Source: Candidatus Gottesmanbacteria bacterium GW2011_GWC1_43_10 (lineage in GTDB: Bacteria; Patescibacteriota; Microgenomatia; UBA10105). Taken from it: a stretch of DNA of 58,291 nt. The notes under the pieces were generated by a model. It was given only the letters and a program-made list of their open reading frames with translations, was not told the DNA's origin and made no database searches. Below, piece after piece: positions 42,065 through 51,725 of this stretch (position 1 is its first letter; each line of letters opens with the position of its first letter). Both the position numbers and the translations under genes were made by a program. The stretch is from assembly GCA_000995415.1 (NCBI GenBank), contig LCEX01000012.1, forward strand, positions 1-58,291, in the 5' to 3' direction.

Positions 42065-44350
42065 TCACCGAAGCATCTGTACCGGATCATTGTCGTGTGG
42101 GCAATCGATACAATAGAGACCAAAGGCGTCACGAACGATAGAGCGTTCGACAGTGGAGACGTTTTCAGTCTGATCTGGTTTTGCCAGTTTCTGGGTTGCG
42201 TTATCAATGATCACTGATTGCTTCAAATTTTCTTTCTCCGTTGGTTGAGTGCCTTTAATGAAATACTCGTAGCGTGGACCACAGGCATTATCATCTTGGG
42301 GGAGAAGTCCGGAGATTGGACAGACTTGGGTTCCGATGATGCCTTCAGGTTGTTTGGGCCAGGATTCTTTTTTGTCTTTTAAATAAAAACTTATGATTTT
42401 ATTCCAAATCGGAGCGGCTCCTGTCACTCCAGAAGTCAAATAGGGATGCATCGGGCTATTGTCATTATTGCCCACCCAAGTCGCCACCAGTATTTCTGGG
42501 GTAAAACCAATCGTCCAATTATCGCGTTTGTCATCGGTGGTTCCGGTTTTGACGGAAACTGCCGGATGGCCGGCTACTTGGAGAAAACTCGTACCAAAAG
42601 CCGCCGAACGGGCATTTTGGTCAAGTAAAATATGGGAAATCAAAAATGCGGTCTCGGTCGAGATCACTCGTTGGCCGTTGATAAGTAATGCTTGGGGTAC
42701 AGCTTGATTCAAATTGGTATCCTTGTATTCTTCCAAAATCTTGCCGTGACTGTCTTCGACTTTGAGAATCGACACTAAATTTTTTCTGATGCCGGTGTTG
42801 GCGAAAACGCCAAAGGCAGTAGCCATTTCGGTCATCGGGACTTCACCGCCACCGAGAGTCAGGGACAGTCCGTAACGTGACGGATCAGTCAAAGTCGTGA
42901 TCCCAAAAGCTGAAGATGAAGCCACCATATTTTCGACCGTATTCAGTTTCAACATTTTTACCGCCGGGATATTGTAAGAACTGCCCAAGGCAAAACGCAT
43001 CTGCACCGGGCCGTGGAATTGACCGTCATAATTTTGCGGACAATATGCAGTTGGAATTGAAGGAAAACAAGTGGCTTGATCGATAAATACTGTTGCCGGA
43101 GTGACTACTCGATTTTCCAGGCCAATAGCGTAGTTGATCGGTTTGATCGCGGATCCGGGTTGGCGCTTGGCAGTAACGACGTTGAACGAGCCAGATTCAG
43201 AAGCAAAGTAATCTTTTGATCCCACCATGGCCAAGATTTCTCCAGTAGCCGGATGAGTCACAAGTGTGGCTCCATTGGTGACATTAAGATCAGCGAGTTT
43301 GGCTACTTCTGTGGCCACTGTATTTTCCGCAAATTCCTGTAAGTTCCAATCAAGAGTGGTGGTGATGCGCAGTCCGCCTTGTTCAACCTGTTTTTCGCCG
43401 TAGCGTTCAACCAGTTTTTGCTTGACGTACATCACAAAATGGGGAGCTTTGATATTGGTGGTGGGTGGAGAAAATTTAAGTTCCGTTTTGCTGGCTGTAT
43501 CGGCTTGATCTTGGGTGATATATCCATCTTCAACCATCCGTCGTAACACTGCTTGTTGCCGTTCTTGAGCTAGTTCCGGGTGGGCGCCGTAAGGGGAATA
43601 AAGGGTGGGAGCTGCCGGAAGTCCAGCCAAAAGCGCGGATTCTGCTAATGACAACTGTTGTACCGGCTTGCCAAAGTAGCGTTCGGAAGCTGCCTCAATG
43701 CCCCAGGCAGTACCCCCATAAGGGACATAGTTAAGATACATTTCCAAGATTTTGTCTTTGGGATATCTTAGTTCCACCAGCAGGGCCAAAATGATCTCTT
43801 TGGCTTTGCGCTGGAGGGTACGTTCGGGATTTAATAGCGCGGTTTTGACAAGTTGTTGGGTGATGGTCGAGCCGCCTTGCAACTGCTGACGGAAAATAGT
43901 TTCCTTAAGCGCTCTCAAAATCCCGCCGACCGGATTGATGCCGCGATGTTTATAAAAATCTTTGTCTTCGATAGCGATAGTGGCTTCCTGGACATACTTG
44001 GGGATTTGGGAAATCGGGACCAGAGTCCGATTTTTATCAATGAAAATATCATAGAGGAGTTCGCCATTTCGCGAGTAAATTTTTGTCGTTTGTGATAGGT
44101 CTGAAGTAGACAACGTTTCTGGAGATGGAAAGTCTTTAAAAATAAACAAGTATAAAAAGATGGCCAGAGTTAAAATAATAAGGCTGGTCCAGACAAATCG
44201 ACGGCGCGTAAGCAGTTTTTTGAACTGCCAGCGCCAACTGGCTTTGGGAGCCGGAAGTAGGAATACCGGTTTAGTGATGGAGATTTTACTAGTTTTGGTT
44301 CCTGGTTTTCTGATTCGCTTACGTTTAGTTAGTTTGCGTGTCTTTGGCAT
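42065..44350 (-). CDS. PBP1A-family bifunctional transglycosylase/transpeptidase
   Basis: The GT51 motifs are EDKDFYKHRGI, GGSTITQQLVK and RKAKE. The TP motifs are GSAIKP, SYN and KTGTT. TATAAT lies 6 nt upstream of the ATG on the minus strand. Confidence 0.9.
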   Translation of the reverse strand: MPKTRKLTKRKRIRKPGTKTSKISITKPVFLLPAPKASWRWQFKKLLTRRRFVWTSLIILTLAIFLYLFIFKDFPSPETLSTSDLSQTTKIYSRNGELLYDIFIDKNRTLVPISQIPKYVQEATIAIEDKDFYKHRGINPVGGILRALKETIFRQQLQGGSTITQQLVKTALLNPERTLQRKAKEIILALLVELRYPKDKILEMYLNYVPYGGTAWGIEAASERYFGKPVQQLSLAESALLAGLPAAPTLYSPYGAHPELAQERQQAVLRRMVEDGYITQDQADTASKTELKFSPPTTNIKAPHFVMYVKQKLVERYGEKQVEQGGLRITTTLDWNLQEFAENTVATEVAKLADLNVTNGATLVTHPATGEILAMVGSKDYFASESGSFNVVTAKRQPGSAIKPINYAIGLENRVVTPATVFIDQATCFPSIPTAYCPQNYDGQFHGPVQMRFALGSSYNIPAVKMLKLNTVENMVASSSAFGITTLTDPSRYGLSLTLGGGEVPMTEMATAFGVFANTGIRKNLVSILKVEDSHGKILEEYKDTNLNQAVPQALLINGQRVISTETAFLISHILLDQNARSAAFGTSFLQVAGHPAVSVKTGTTDDKRDNWTIGFTPEILVATWVGNNDNSPMHPYLTSGVTGAAPIWNKIISFYLKDKKESWPKQPEGIIGTQVCPISGLLPQDDNACGPRYEYFIKGTQPTEKENLKQSVIIDNATQKLAKPDQTENVSTVERSIVRDAFGLYCIDCPHDNDPVQMLR

Positions 44351-44373
44351 AGAGGTATTATATAATAAATAGT

Positions 44374-44503
44374 CAGTTATCGGTTCTCAGTTTTCGGTTA
44401 TCAGATATTAGTTTGTCAGTTTTCTGTTAATCAGTTTTAAAACTGAAAACCGAGAACAGAAAAACCTATATCCGAAAACAGACAACAGAAAACTGATAAC
44501 AGA
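44374..44503. repeat. heptad-periodic imperfect palindrome (GTTnTCn heptads, then nGAnAAC heptads)
   Basis: The left arm is CAGTTAT CGGTTCT CAGTTTT CGGTTAT CAGATAT... The centre is CAGTTTTAAAACTG (44432-44445). The right arm is TGAAAAC CGAGAAC AGAAAAA...AGAAAAC TGATAAC. Confidence 0.75.
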
Positions 44504-44506
44504 ATT

Positions 44507-45490
44507 ATGTTTTTTCCCTCCCTTCATGGTAACTGGGTAGATTTTCTGATTATTCTCTTCGTGGTGTTTTATATCTGGGACGGTTGGGGAAAAGGGTTTA
44601 TTTCCCAGATGTTAGATTTGGTGGTATTTATTGGCGCCTTTTTGCTAGCACTGAAACTTTATCCGTTTTTAGCTAACATTCTGGTAGCTAACTTTTCCTT
44701 TCCGCAGGGGATTGCCCGGGCGGGTGGATTCTTCATTCTGGGGATTGTCTTGGAACAGGTTTTAGCCAATTTAGCCGGTTGGGCAATGGGAAAAATTCAT
44801 GAGAAATGGCACAGGCACAAGTTAAATCGATTTCTGGCGGTGATTCCTCTGGCAGCCAATGCGATCGTCTTGATAGCTTTTGTTTTAACTTTGCTTTTGG
44901 GCCTACCGATCCAGGGACAGATCAAAGCCGCAATTTCAGATTCAAAACTGGCTAAACCTTTGATTTCAAAAACTCAAAACCTAGAGCGGATTCTCTCCAA
45001 GATTTTTGGCCAAGCTCTGGGAGATTCATTAAATTTTGTCACTGTACCTACAAAACTTGAGGGACGTGACCAGGTAAAGTTAAATTTCAATCAACATGAG
45101 TTGACGGTGGATGAGGGGTCAGAAACCGAAATGTTAAGTAGAGTCAACAAAGAGCGGCGGGATCGGGGGATCAAGGAGCTCGTTGAAAACGATAAGTTAC
45201 GCGATTTGGCTCGTAATTACGCACGAGACATGTTTGAACGCGGATATTTTTCTCATTATAACCCGGAAGGTGAATCTCCTTTTGACCGGATGGAAAAGGC
45301 TGGTATCACATATCAAACCGCCGGAGAAAATTTAGCTCTTTCGCCAAATGTGACAGTAGCGCATGAAGGATTGATGCAGAGCCAGGGACATCGGGAAAAT
45401 ATCTTAAACCCTGATTTTGGCAGGGTGGGAATTGGCGTCATCGACGGAGGTATTTATGGGAAAATGTTTGTACAGGAGTTTACGAACTAG
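44507..45490 (+). CDS. CvpA-family membrane domain fused to a CAP/SCP (YkwD-like) domain
   Basis: The N-terminus has 4 TM helices of CvpA type. The C-terminus reads RVNKERRDRGIKEL..LARNYARDM..GYFSH..GENLA..GHRENILNPDFGRVGIGV. Confidence 0.8.
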   Translation: MFFPSLHGNWVDFLIILFVVFYIWDGWGKGFISQMLDLVVFIGAFLLALKLYPFLANILVANFSFPQGIARAGGFFILGIVLEQVLANLAGWAMGKIHEKWHRHKLNRFLAVIPLAANAIVLIAFVLTLLLGLPIQGQIKAAISDSKLAKPLISKTQNLERILSKIFGQALGDSLNFVTVPTKLEGRDQVKLNFNQHELTVDEGSETEMLSRVNKERRDRGIKELVENDKLRDLARNYARDMFERGYFSHYNPEGESPFDRMEKAGITYQTAGENLALSPNVTVAHEGLMQSQGHRENILNPDFGRVGIGVIDGGIYGKMFVQEFTN

Positions 45491-46109
45491 GTTTTACAAC
45501 TAGTCCCCAGCGAGCATAAGTAGGTGGCCATGGTAACCCTAAATAGTCGATTGGTCCGGCAAGATGCAATCCTTGATGGTAGTATTGGTGAGGAATCATG
45601 TCGACTACAAAATCCGCTGGAGTCATTATTCCTCGTGGAGTAGTAATAGTCTGGCGAGCATTGCCCAAAGCAAGTTCTACAAGTCGATCGTTGGTATAGA
45701 CGAGTATTGCCAAAAGATCAGACTTGTCTAATAAACGGAGTGGTAATTGGGTGGACTTATATGTATACTCCCCGGTTTCAAAACCTCCAAGTCGTTGTGT
45801 GGTGTTTTCTATGATGTGAATTAGCTGATCACGAGTTGAGGCCGAAGGTCCTTGTGGGGTATATCCATTGATCCGTATGTTGTAAAGACTTTCTGGAACC
45901 CATGTAAAGTAGTCAACAAGAAGAGCGTGCTCGCTTAGGTATAGTTCGATTGCATTTCTTAGCGGTTCCGACTTAATATGATTTATTCGGTCAACTATGC
46001 CAAGATACCCTAAAAGTATACTTTCTCTCAAGAGTTGATCCGCAATGGGTAAGTGTTTAGGTTTTTCGTTACCCAAAATCCCGACCATTCTTTCTAGTAA
46101 AACTGCCAT
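45480..46109 (-). CDS. hypothetical protein
   Basis: A 209-aa ORF that overlaps the cvpA-CAP gene end by 11 nt (convergent). No confident family was found. Confidence 0.45.
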   Translation of the reverse strand: MAVLLERMVGILGNEKPKHLPIADQLLRESILLGYLGIVDRINHIKSEPLRNAIELYLSEHALLVDYFTWVPESLYNIRINGYTPQGPSASTRDQLIHIIENTTQRLGGFETGEYTYKSTQLPLRLLDKSDLLAILVYTNDRLVELALGNARQTITTPRGIMTPADFVVDMIPHQYYHQGLHLAGPIDYLGLPWPPTYARWGLVVKPSS

Positions 46110-46252
46110 AACTACTTTTGAGACAGGGAATAACTTATTATAGCATGCGATATAAAAAATACTTAAATTTATTTCTCTTGCTGGGTTGCAAACTAGATTT
46201 GAAAGTGATATGAATAATGAACTTTACTAACTTTTCTTTCAAGGAGGTTTAC

Positions 46253-46870
46253 ATGTTCACACTTCCTGATCTACCTTATGCCTATAACAGCTTGGAGCCT
46301 TACATTGATGAGGCGACCATGCGGATTCATCACGACAAACATCACGCGGCGTATATCAAAAATCTAAATGAGGCTTTGGCAAATCAGGACAAACTACAAA
46401 TGTTGACGGTCGAGGAACTGTTACAAAATTTGTCGCGCGTCCCCGAAACGATCCGGACCAAAGTCAGAAACCACGGCGGAGGACATGCCAACCACACACT
46501 CTTTTGGCAAGTGATGGCTCCGCCTGAACCAAATGCAGCTGCTCCGGCAGGAGATTTGATTAAAGCCATCAATGTCACTTTTGGTAGTTTACTGACCTTT
46601 CAGGAAAAATTTACATCTATAACGATGGGGAGATTTGGCAGCGGTTGGGCCTGGTTGGTGTCGGTGAGCGGCAAATTGGAGATCGTGGATACGCCAAATC
46701 AGGATACGCCGCTATTGGAACACAAAACTCCGATTCTGGGCCTGGATGTTTGGGAGCATGCGTATTATCTTAAGTACCAAAACCTGCGCGCAGATTATAT
46801 TAAACAGTGGTGGAATGTCATAAACTGGCGCGAAGTTGAAAAAAGATTTGCCCAAAGCCTCGTCAAGTGA
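46253..46870 (+). CDS. sodA: Fe/Mn superoxide dismutase
   Basis: AAGGAGG SD upstream. FTLPDLPYAYNSLEPYIDEATMRIHHDKHHAAY and LGLDVWEHAYYLKY are present. Confidence 0.95.
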   Translation: MFTLPDLPYAYNSLEPYIDEATMRIHHDKHHAAYIKNLNEALANQDKLQMLTVEELLQNLSRVPETIRTKVRNHGGGHANHTLFWQVMAPPEPNAAAPAGDLIKAINVTFGSLLTFQEKFTSITMGRFGSGWAWLVSVSGKLEIVDTPNQDTPLLEHKTPILGLDVWEHAYYLKYQNLRADYIKQWWNVINWREVEKRFAQSLVK

Positions 46871-47565
46871 AGGATTTACCGTTGCCGCCACAAATTGTGA
46901 CTACGGATACTACCTTACCCTGGGCGTTTGCCAAACACGAACAAACAGGCGAGTCGATAGCCGCGGATCATTTTCTATCTGAATGTATCATCTTAGCTTG
47001 CGGTTTCGGTGAACAGGCAGAATTGGCGGCCCAAGAAGTAGTCGAGACCACTTTGCTGGCTTATAAAATCTTGCGTACGAAACAGTTTTATTTTTCCGCC
47101 CACGGTCAACTGATGCCCAAACTAGTGCATATAGCGGGACGGAAACTATTTAAACTACGCTCCAGTTTTCCCGATATCAAAGCCAGTTTGACTGTAGTAT
47201 GTTTGTCGGTGAAGCGTTGGTGGATAGTGAGTACAGATACCACACACATCTACTTATATCGTGGTCAACAGCTAGTGAGAATTTTGCCTCAAGAAGAGCT
47301 GACTCAAATAGAACCCCAGTTTTTGGGAGAAACCAAATATCCCCAGGCCGTATTTACTGAAGGTGACATCCAATCCCAAGATCAATTTTTACTTACGACC
47401 AAACCACTAGCGGAAACAGTAAACACCAAGAGACTGACAGAATTTTTAAAAAGCACATCGGTTACTTCGGAAAAGTGGGGGCAGATCCCGCAAGAAATTG
47501 TGAATGAAGCAGTCAAGCGGCGTAAGCAATCTAGTTACGGCGCGGTACTTGCAGAACACAAATAG
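46867..47565 (+). CDS. hypothetical protein
   Basis: A 232-aa ORF whose GTG start overlaps the sod stop. No family was recognised. Confidence 0.45.
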   Translation: MKDLPLPPQIVTTDTTLPWAFAKHEQTGESIAADHFLSECIILACGFGEQAELAAQEVVETTLLAYKILRTKQFYFSAHGQLMPKLVHIAGRKLFKLRSSFPDIKASLTVVCLSVKRWWIVSTDTTHIYLYRGQQLVRILPQEELTQIEPQFLGETKYPQAVFTEGDIQSQDQFLLTTKPLAETVNTKRLTEFLKSTSVTSEKWGQIPQEIVNEAVKRRKQSSYGAVLAEHK

Positions 47566-47648
47566 CTTCATTCATCATTTTTTCCAAACTTTCAAAATCT
47601 TGCTTATTTTCACTAGTTAACTGATAATAGAGTTAGTTCTGAAATTAT

Positions 47649-49133
47649 ATGACTGCCAACTTTTTTGATGATCTTCATGATGACAACACTCCACCAACTT
47701 ATCGTTGGTTTGACGGAGCGAAATGGAAAACTTCTGTAAACAGTCACTTCATACCAGTTGTATCACCAATTGACCATGCGACTCTCGGTCGGATTACAGT
47801 TGTCACTCATGGTGAGATCGATACGGCGATTGCCAATGCCCATCTGGCTCAAGCAGCTTGGGCTGACAAAACTGTGATGGAGCGGGGAAAAGTTTTACAT
47901 TTGGCAGCTGATTGGATCCGCGAACACGAGTCTTACTTAACCACATTGTTAGTATCCGAAATTGGAAAACCCACCGATGAAGCTAAAGATGAAATCTTGA
48001 GAAGTGCAGATATGATTGACTATTTTGCGCATGAAGCCCTGCATATGAAAGGCGAGCAACTGCCTTCCGATGCTTTTCCCGGTTATGACAAAAGCAAAAT
48101 CTCAATTATCGAACGCGTGCCCTTAGGTGTAGTTTTGGCAATTGCGCCATTTAATTATCCTGTTAATTTATCCGTTTCCAAACTAGCTCCGGCACTCGTT
48201 ACCGGGAATGCCGTGATTTACAAACCTCCTACCAATGGAGCTATTTCCGGACTTCACTTGACGCAAATTTTCCGGAAAGCCGGAGTACCGGATCACGTAT
48301 TGGTCGCAGTTACCGGAAGCGGGGAAGATATTGGAGATTATTTAGTAGCGCACCCGGGCATCGACATGATCACTTTTACCGGTTCATCCCAAATTGGGAA
48401 ACATGCAGCCGGCATTGCCGGGATGATTCCGTTGCTATTTGAGTGTGGGGGAAACAATCCGGCCTTGGTTCTAAATGATTGCAATACGGAAGAAACAGCT
48501 TTGGAAATAGTCAAAGGCGCCTATTCATTTGCCGGCCAACGGTGTACTGCGATCAAATACGTTTTGGGCTTATCTCCTGATATTGAGCGGATTTTGCCGC
48601 GGGTAGTTGAGTTGACTAAACAAAAAATCAAAATGGGTGATCCGCGTTCACCAGAAACCAAAAGTGTCGGGCCTTTGATCACCGAATCTGCTGCCAAAGA
48701 AGTCGAGGCCCGGATTTTGGCAGCCGAGCGGGCGGGAGCCAAGATCATGTTGGGCGGAGTCCGCCGGGGCAATTATATAGAACCCACGATACTGGATTAC
48801 GCCAAACCGGATATGGAAATAGTGCGGATTGAAACTTTTGGACCGGTAGTTTCCTTTATCCGGGTCAAAAATATGGAAGAAGCAGTGGAAATTGTGAACC
48901 GGTCAACTTATGGACTTCAAGCTGCGATTTATACTGCCGATGAAGGAACGGGTATTCGCCTTGCCCAAAAACTGCATGTCGGCACTGTTTGGATAAATTC
49001 TAAACCCCAACGTGGCCCGGACCATTTTCCATTTTTGGGAATTAAAGGAAGCGGAGTAGGGGTGCAGGGTATCGGTTATTCACTGGAAGCCATGACTCGG
49101 CTTAAACCAATTGTTTTAAATAAACCCCAGTAA
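47649..49133 (+). CDS. aldehyde dehydrogenase family, GapN-like (non-phosphorylating GAPDH type)
   Basis: ERVPLGVVLAIAPFNYP, FECGGNNP (general base Glu) and FAGQRCTAIKYV (catalytic Cys) are present. Confidence 0.8.
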   Translation: MTANFFDDLHDDNTPPTYRWFDGAKWKTSVNSHFIPVVSPIDHATLGRITVVTHGEIDTAIANAHLAQAAWADKTVMERGKVLHLAADWIREHESYLTTLLVSEIGKPTDEAKDEILRSADMIDYFAHEALHMKGEQLPSDAFPGYDKSKISIIERVPLGVVLAIAPFNYPVNLSVSKLAPALVTGNAVIYKPPTNGAISGLHLTQIFRKAGVPDHVLVAVTGSGEDIGDYLVAHPGIDMITFTGSSQIGKHAAGIAGMIPLLFECGGNNPALVLNDCNTEETALEIVKGAYSFAGQRCTAIKYVLGLSPDIERILPRVVELTKQKIKMGDPRSPETKSVGPLITESAAKEVEARILAAERAGAKIMLGGVRRGNYIEPTILDYAKPDMEIVRIETFGPVVSFIRVKNMEEAVEIVNRSTYGLQAAIYTADEGTGIRLAQKLHVGTVWINSKPQRGPDHFPFLGIKGSGVGVQGIGYSLEAMTRLKPIVLNKPQ

Positions 49134-49137
49134 AAAA

Positions 49138-49167
49138 TTACTCCCATTCCATCGTCGCCGGAGGTTT
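49138..49167 (-). pseudogene. 30-nt remnant of a second guaA 3' end (encodes KPPATMEWE*)
   Basis: The minus strand reads AAACCTCCGGCGACGATGGAATGGGAGTAA. It is 24/30 identical to the true guaA end (49201-49230), and all 6 differences are synonymous. Confidence 0.6.
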
Positions 49168-49200
49168 GGGACGTACCAGTCGGTACATCCCTGTGCCGAT

Positions 49201-50724
49201 TTACTCCCACTCCATAGTTGCAGGTGGCTTGGTGGTGATGTCATAAACTACGCGGGAAACACCCGGGACTTCATTCACAATCCGCGAGGACAATTTTTGC
49301 AGCAAGGAGTAAGGAAGATGCGCCCAGTTGGTGGTCATCACATCTTTGGATTCAATGATTCTTAAAGCTACTACTTCACCAAAAAAGCGGCCGTCGCCTT
49401 TGACTGCGGTTGATGGAGCTCCGGTCATGATCGGGAAACACATGTAGACTTTCTTAAGCCAATTAGATTTGGCCATTTCCTCAAGTATAATTTGATCAGC
49501 CTGATGTTCCTGGGCCAAACGCGCTCGCGTGACTTCGCCAACGATCCGGATCGCAAGGCCCGGGCCGGGAAATACTTGTTTTTGCACAAACTTGGGTGGC
49601 AGGCCCAATTTTCGGCCAATTTTTCTTACTTCATCTTTGTAAAACTCACGTAGCGGCTCAACCAACTTAAATCCGAGTTCTTTAGGGAGCCCTCCCACAT
49701 TGTGATGCGATTTGATTTTGGCAGCGTGTTTGGTGCCTTTACTCTCAATCACATCAGAATAAATCGTGCCTTGAACTAAGACATCTGCACCTTTGTGTTT
49801 TTTGGCTTCTTCGTGAAAAAGCTTGATATAAAGAGCACCGATTGCCCGGCGTTTGTCTTCCGGATCGGTGAGGCCGGTTAAAGCTTTTAAAAACTCTGCT
49901 TGGGCTTTGACAATCACCGGTTTGATATGAAAACTCTCGGTAAACAATTTAGTTACTTCTTCTTTGGTCCCAGTCCGCATCAAACCACTTTCTATATAGA
50001 CCGGAATGAGCTGTTTGCCGACAGCCCGGGCTACAAGTGCAGCAGCCACAGTTGAATCCACACCTCCGGAAACCGCACAGAGAGCATTGGCCTGCCCAAT
50101 CTCGTGTTTTATGCGGGTTATGAGTTGGGGGAGGTCAAGGCGATGTTTTTTGATTTTCAGACCGCAAATATTTTCTATAAAATTACGCAAAATGAGTTTG
50201 CCAAAACGGGTGTGTTCGACTTCCGGATGAAATTGCACACAGTAAATATGTCTTTTGGTATTGTGCATTGCTGCCACATGCACATCATTGGTGGAGGCAG
50301 TGACATGAAACCCAGGCGGGGGAGTAACGACTTGGTCACCATGACTCATCCAGACTTGAAAAGGTTTGCCGGTAAACCCGGAGAAAAGACCTGACTGTTC
50401 ATTTACGTGCACTATGGCCGGTCCGTATTCTTTGACTTTGCCGGCTTTGACTTCGCCTTGGAGTAAAAACCCAGTTAGTTGTTGACCGTAACAAATGCCC
50501 AAAATCGGGATTTTAAATGAAAATATTTTCGGATCAATGGTTGGCGCGCCTGACCCATAAACACTGGCCGGGCCTCCGGAAAAAATGATGCCTCGAGGAT
50601 CAAGTTCTTTAATCTTTGCGAGTGCCTGTTCAGGAATTACTGTTGTGACCGTTACACCCAAATCTCGGATGCGGCGAGCAATCAAGTTGGCAGTTTGGGA
50701 ACCAAAGTCGACGATTAACATCAT
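49201..50724 (-). CDS. guaA: GMP synthase (glutamine-hydrolysing)
   Basis: The GATase motif GICYGQQ, the ATP-PPase motif SGGVDS and the C-terminal KPPATMEWE are present. Confidence 0.95.
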   Translation of the reverse strand: MMLIVDFGSQTANLIARRIRDLGVTVTTVIPEQALAKIKELDPRGIIFSGGPASVYGSGAPTIDPKIFSFKIPILGICYGQQLTGFLLQGEVKAGKVKEYGPAIVHVNEQSGLFSGFTGKPFQVWMSHGDQVVTPPPGFHVTASTNDVHVAAMHNTKRHIYCVQFHPEVEHTRFGKLILRNFIENICGLKIKKHRLDLPQLITRIKHEIGQANALCAVSGGVDSTVAAALVARAVGKQLIPVYIESGLMRTGTKEEVTKLFTESFHIKPVIVKAQAEFLKALTGLTDPEDKRRAIGALYIKLFHEEAKKHKGADVLVQGTIYSDVIESKGTKHAAKIKSHHNVGGLPKELGFKLVEPLREFYKDEVRKIGRKLGLPPKFVQKQVFPGPGLAIRIVGEVTRARLAQEHQADQIILEEMAKSNWLKKVYMCFPIMTGAPSTAVKGDGRFFGEVVALRIIESKDVMTTNWAHLPYSLLQKLSSRIVNEVPGVSRVVYDITTKPPATMEWE

Positions 50725-50984
50725 ATACTGCTTTTAGGTGGTCCTGTATGAAAACTTATTTCGTGACGAGTTACTATACCGTCAGGTCCTTTTATATCCC
50801 GTCCTACTATAAATGTTTTTCCCATTTGATCGGTGCGTTTTCTACCACCAAAACCTGTTGGAGTTTCCATGTACAACATACCTCTTTGGTTAAAAACTCT
50901 TGTGTCACCATCTAAATAAAATTCGTCAGGGGTTAAAAATACTCTGGCGAAAACTCCTAATGTTTCGTTTAATGGTGTGGTCAT
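50721..50984 (-). CDS. hypothetical protein, stop overlaps the guaA start
   Basis: An 87-aa ORF with an ATGA-type overlap to guaA. No family was recognised. Confidence 0.4.
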   Translation of the reverse strand: MTTPLNETLGVFARVFLTPDEFYLDGDTRVFNQRGMLYMETPTGFGGRKRTDQMGKTFIVGRDIKGPDGIVTRHEISFHTGPPKSSI

Positions 50985-51014
50985 AAACTCTCCTTCTTTT
51001 ATAATTTTTTTATA

Positions 51015-51725
51015 CTATTTCCTCGCTAGTTCAAACCATTCGCTAAAGCCGGCAATTTTGATCGCCCCTTCCCGCATCTCCGCGATTTTGATAAGCGATA
51101 TGATATTTTCAGCCGGGATGCCAGCTTCAATCAGCCGCTCGCGCCCGGCATAAGGCTTTTCGATCACAAAGAAAAAAACCACCGGCACGGCTTGAGCTTG
51201 GTTAACGATATTAATCAGATCCAGGGCTGTTTTGCCCGTATCCAAAAAATCATCACAAATAGCTACCCGTTCTCCCTCTGATAAAACTTCTTGAGAGACG
51301 GTCAGATCAACTGTTTTTCCGTGAGTATAAGAGTGGCTTTGGGCCTGAAACACTTTTTGCATGGTGATAGGTATGCCTTTGGGAGCATAAATCACATCCG
51401 GCATGTCATCCATATGCAGACTGGTTGAGATAGCCGGAATGTTGCCGGATGAAGGAGCCGTCAAAATCACATCCGGAGAAAAAGGGGTGACCACTTGAGC
51501 CAATTCTTCGCCAATTGCATCAATCAGGCGTGTGTTTACTTTGTGGTTTAGGAAATGGATCACATCCAAGATAAGCAGCGACTCGGTTTTCCCGGGAAAC
51601 GTATATTTGAAAGACCGGGCTTGGGTCACGAGTGATGAAGCCAGGAGTTTTTGGGCTTTTGTGAGCCTGGATCCGGAAATGAGCTGTAAAGCTTCTTTGG
51701 GTGGTAAAATAGTTTCTCCCATCAT
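51015..51725 (-). CDS. phosphoribosyltransferase-family protein (purine PRT-like) with an N-terminal extension
   Basis: The PRPP-binding motif VAICDDFLDTGKTAL is present. Confidence 0.7.
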   Translation of the reverse strand: MMGETILPPKEALQLISGSRLTKAQKLLASSLVTQARSFKYTFPGKTESLLILDVIHFLNHKVNTRLIDAIGEELAQVVTPFSPDVILTAPSSGNIPAISTSLHMDDMPDVIYAPKGIPITMQKVFQAQSHSYTHGKTVDLTVSQEVLSEGERVAICDDFLDTGKTALDLINIVNQAQAVPVVFFFVIEKPYAGRERLIEAGIPAENIISLIKIAEMREGAIKIAGFSEWFELARK

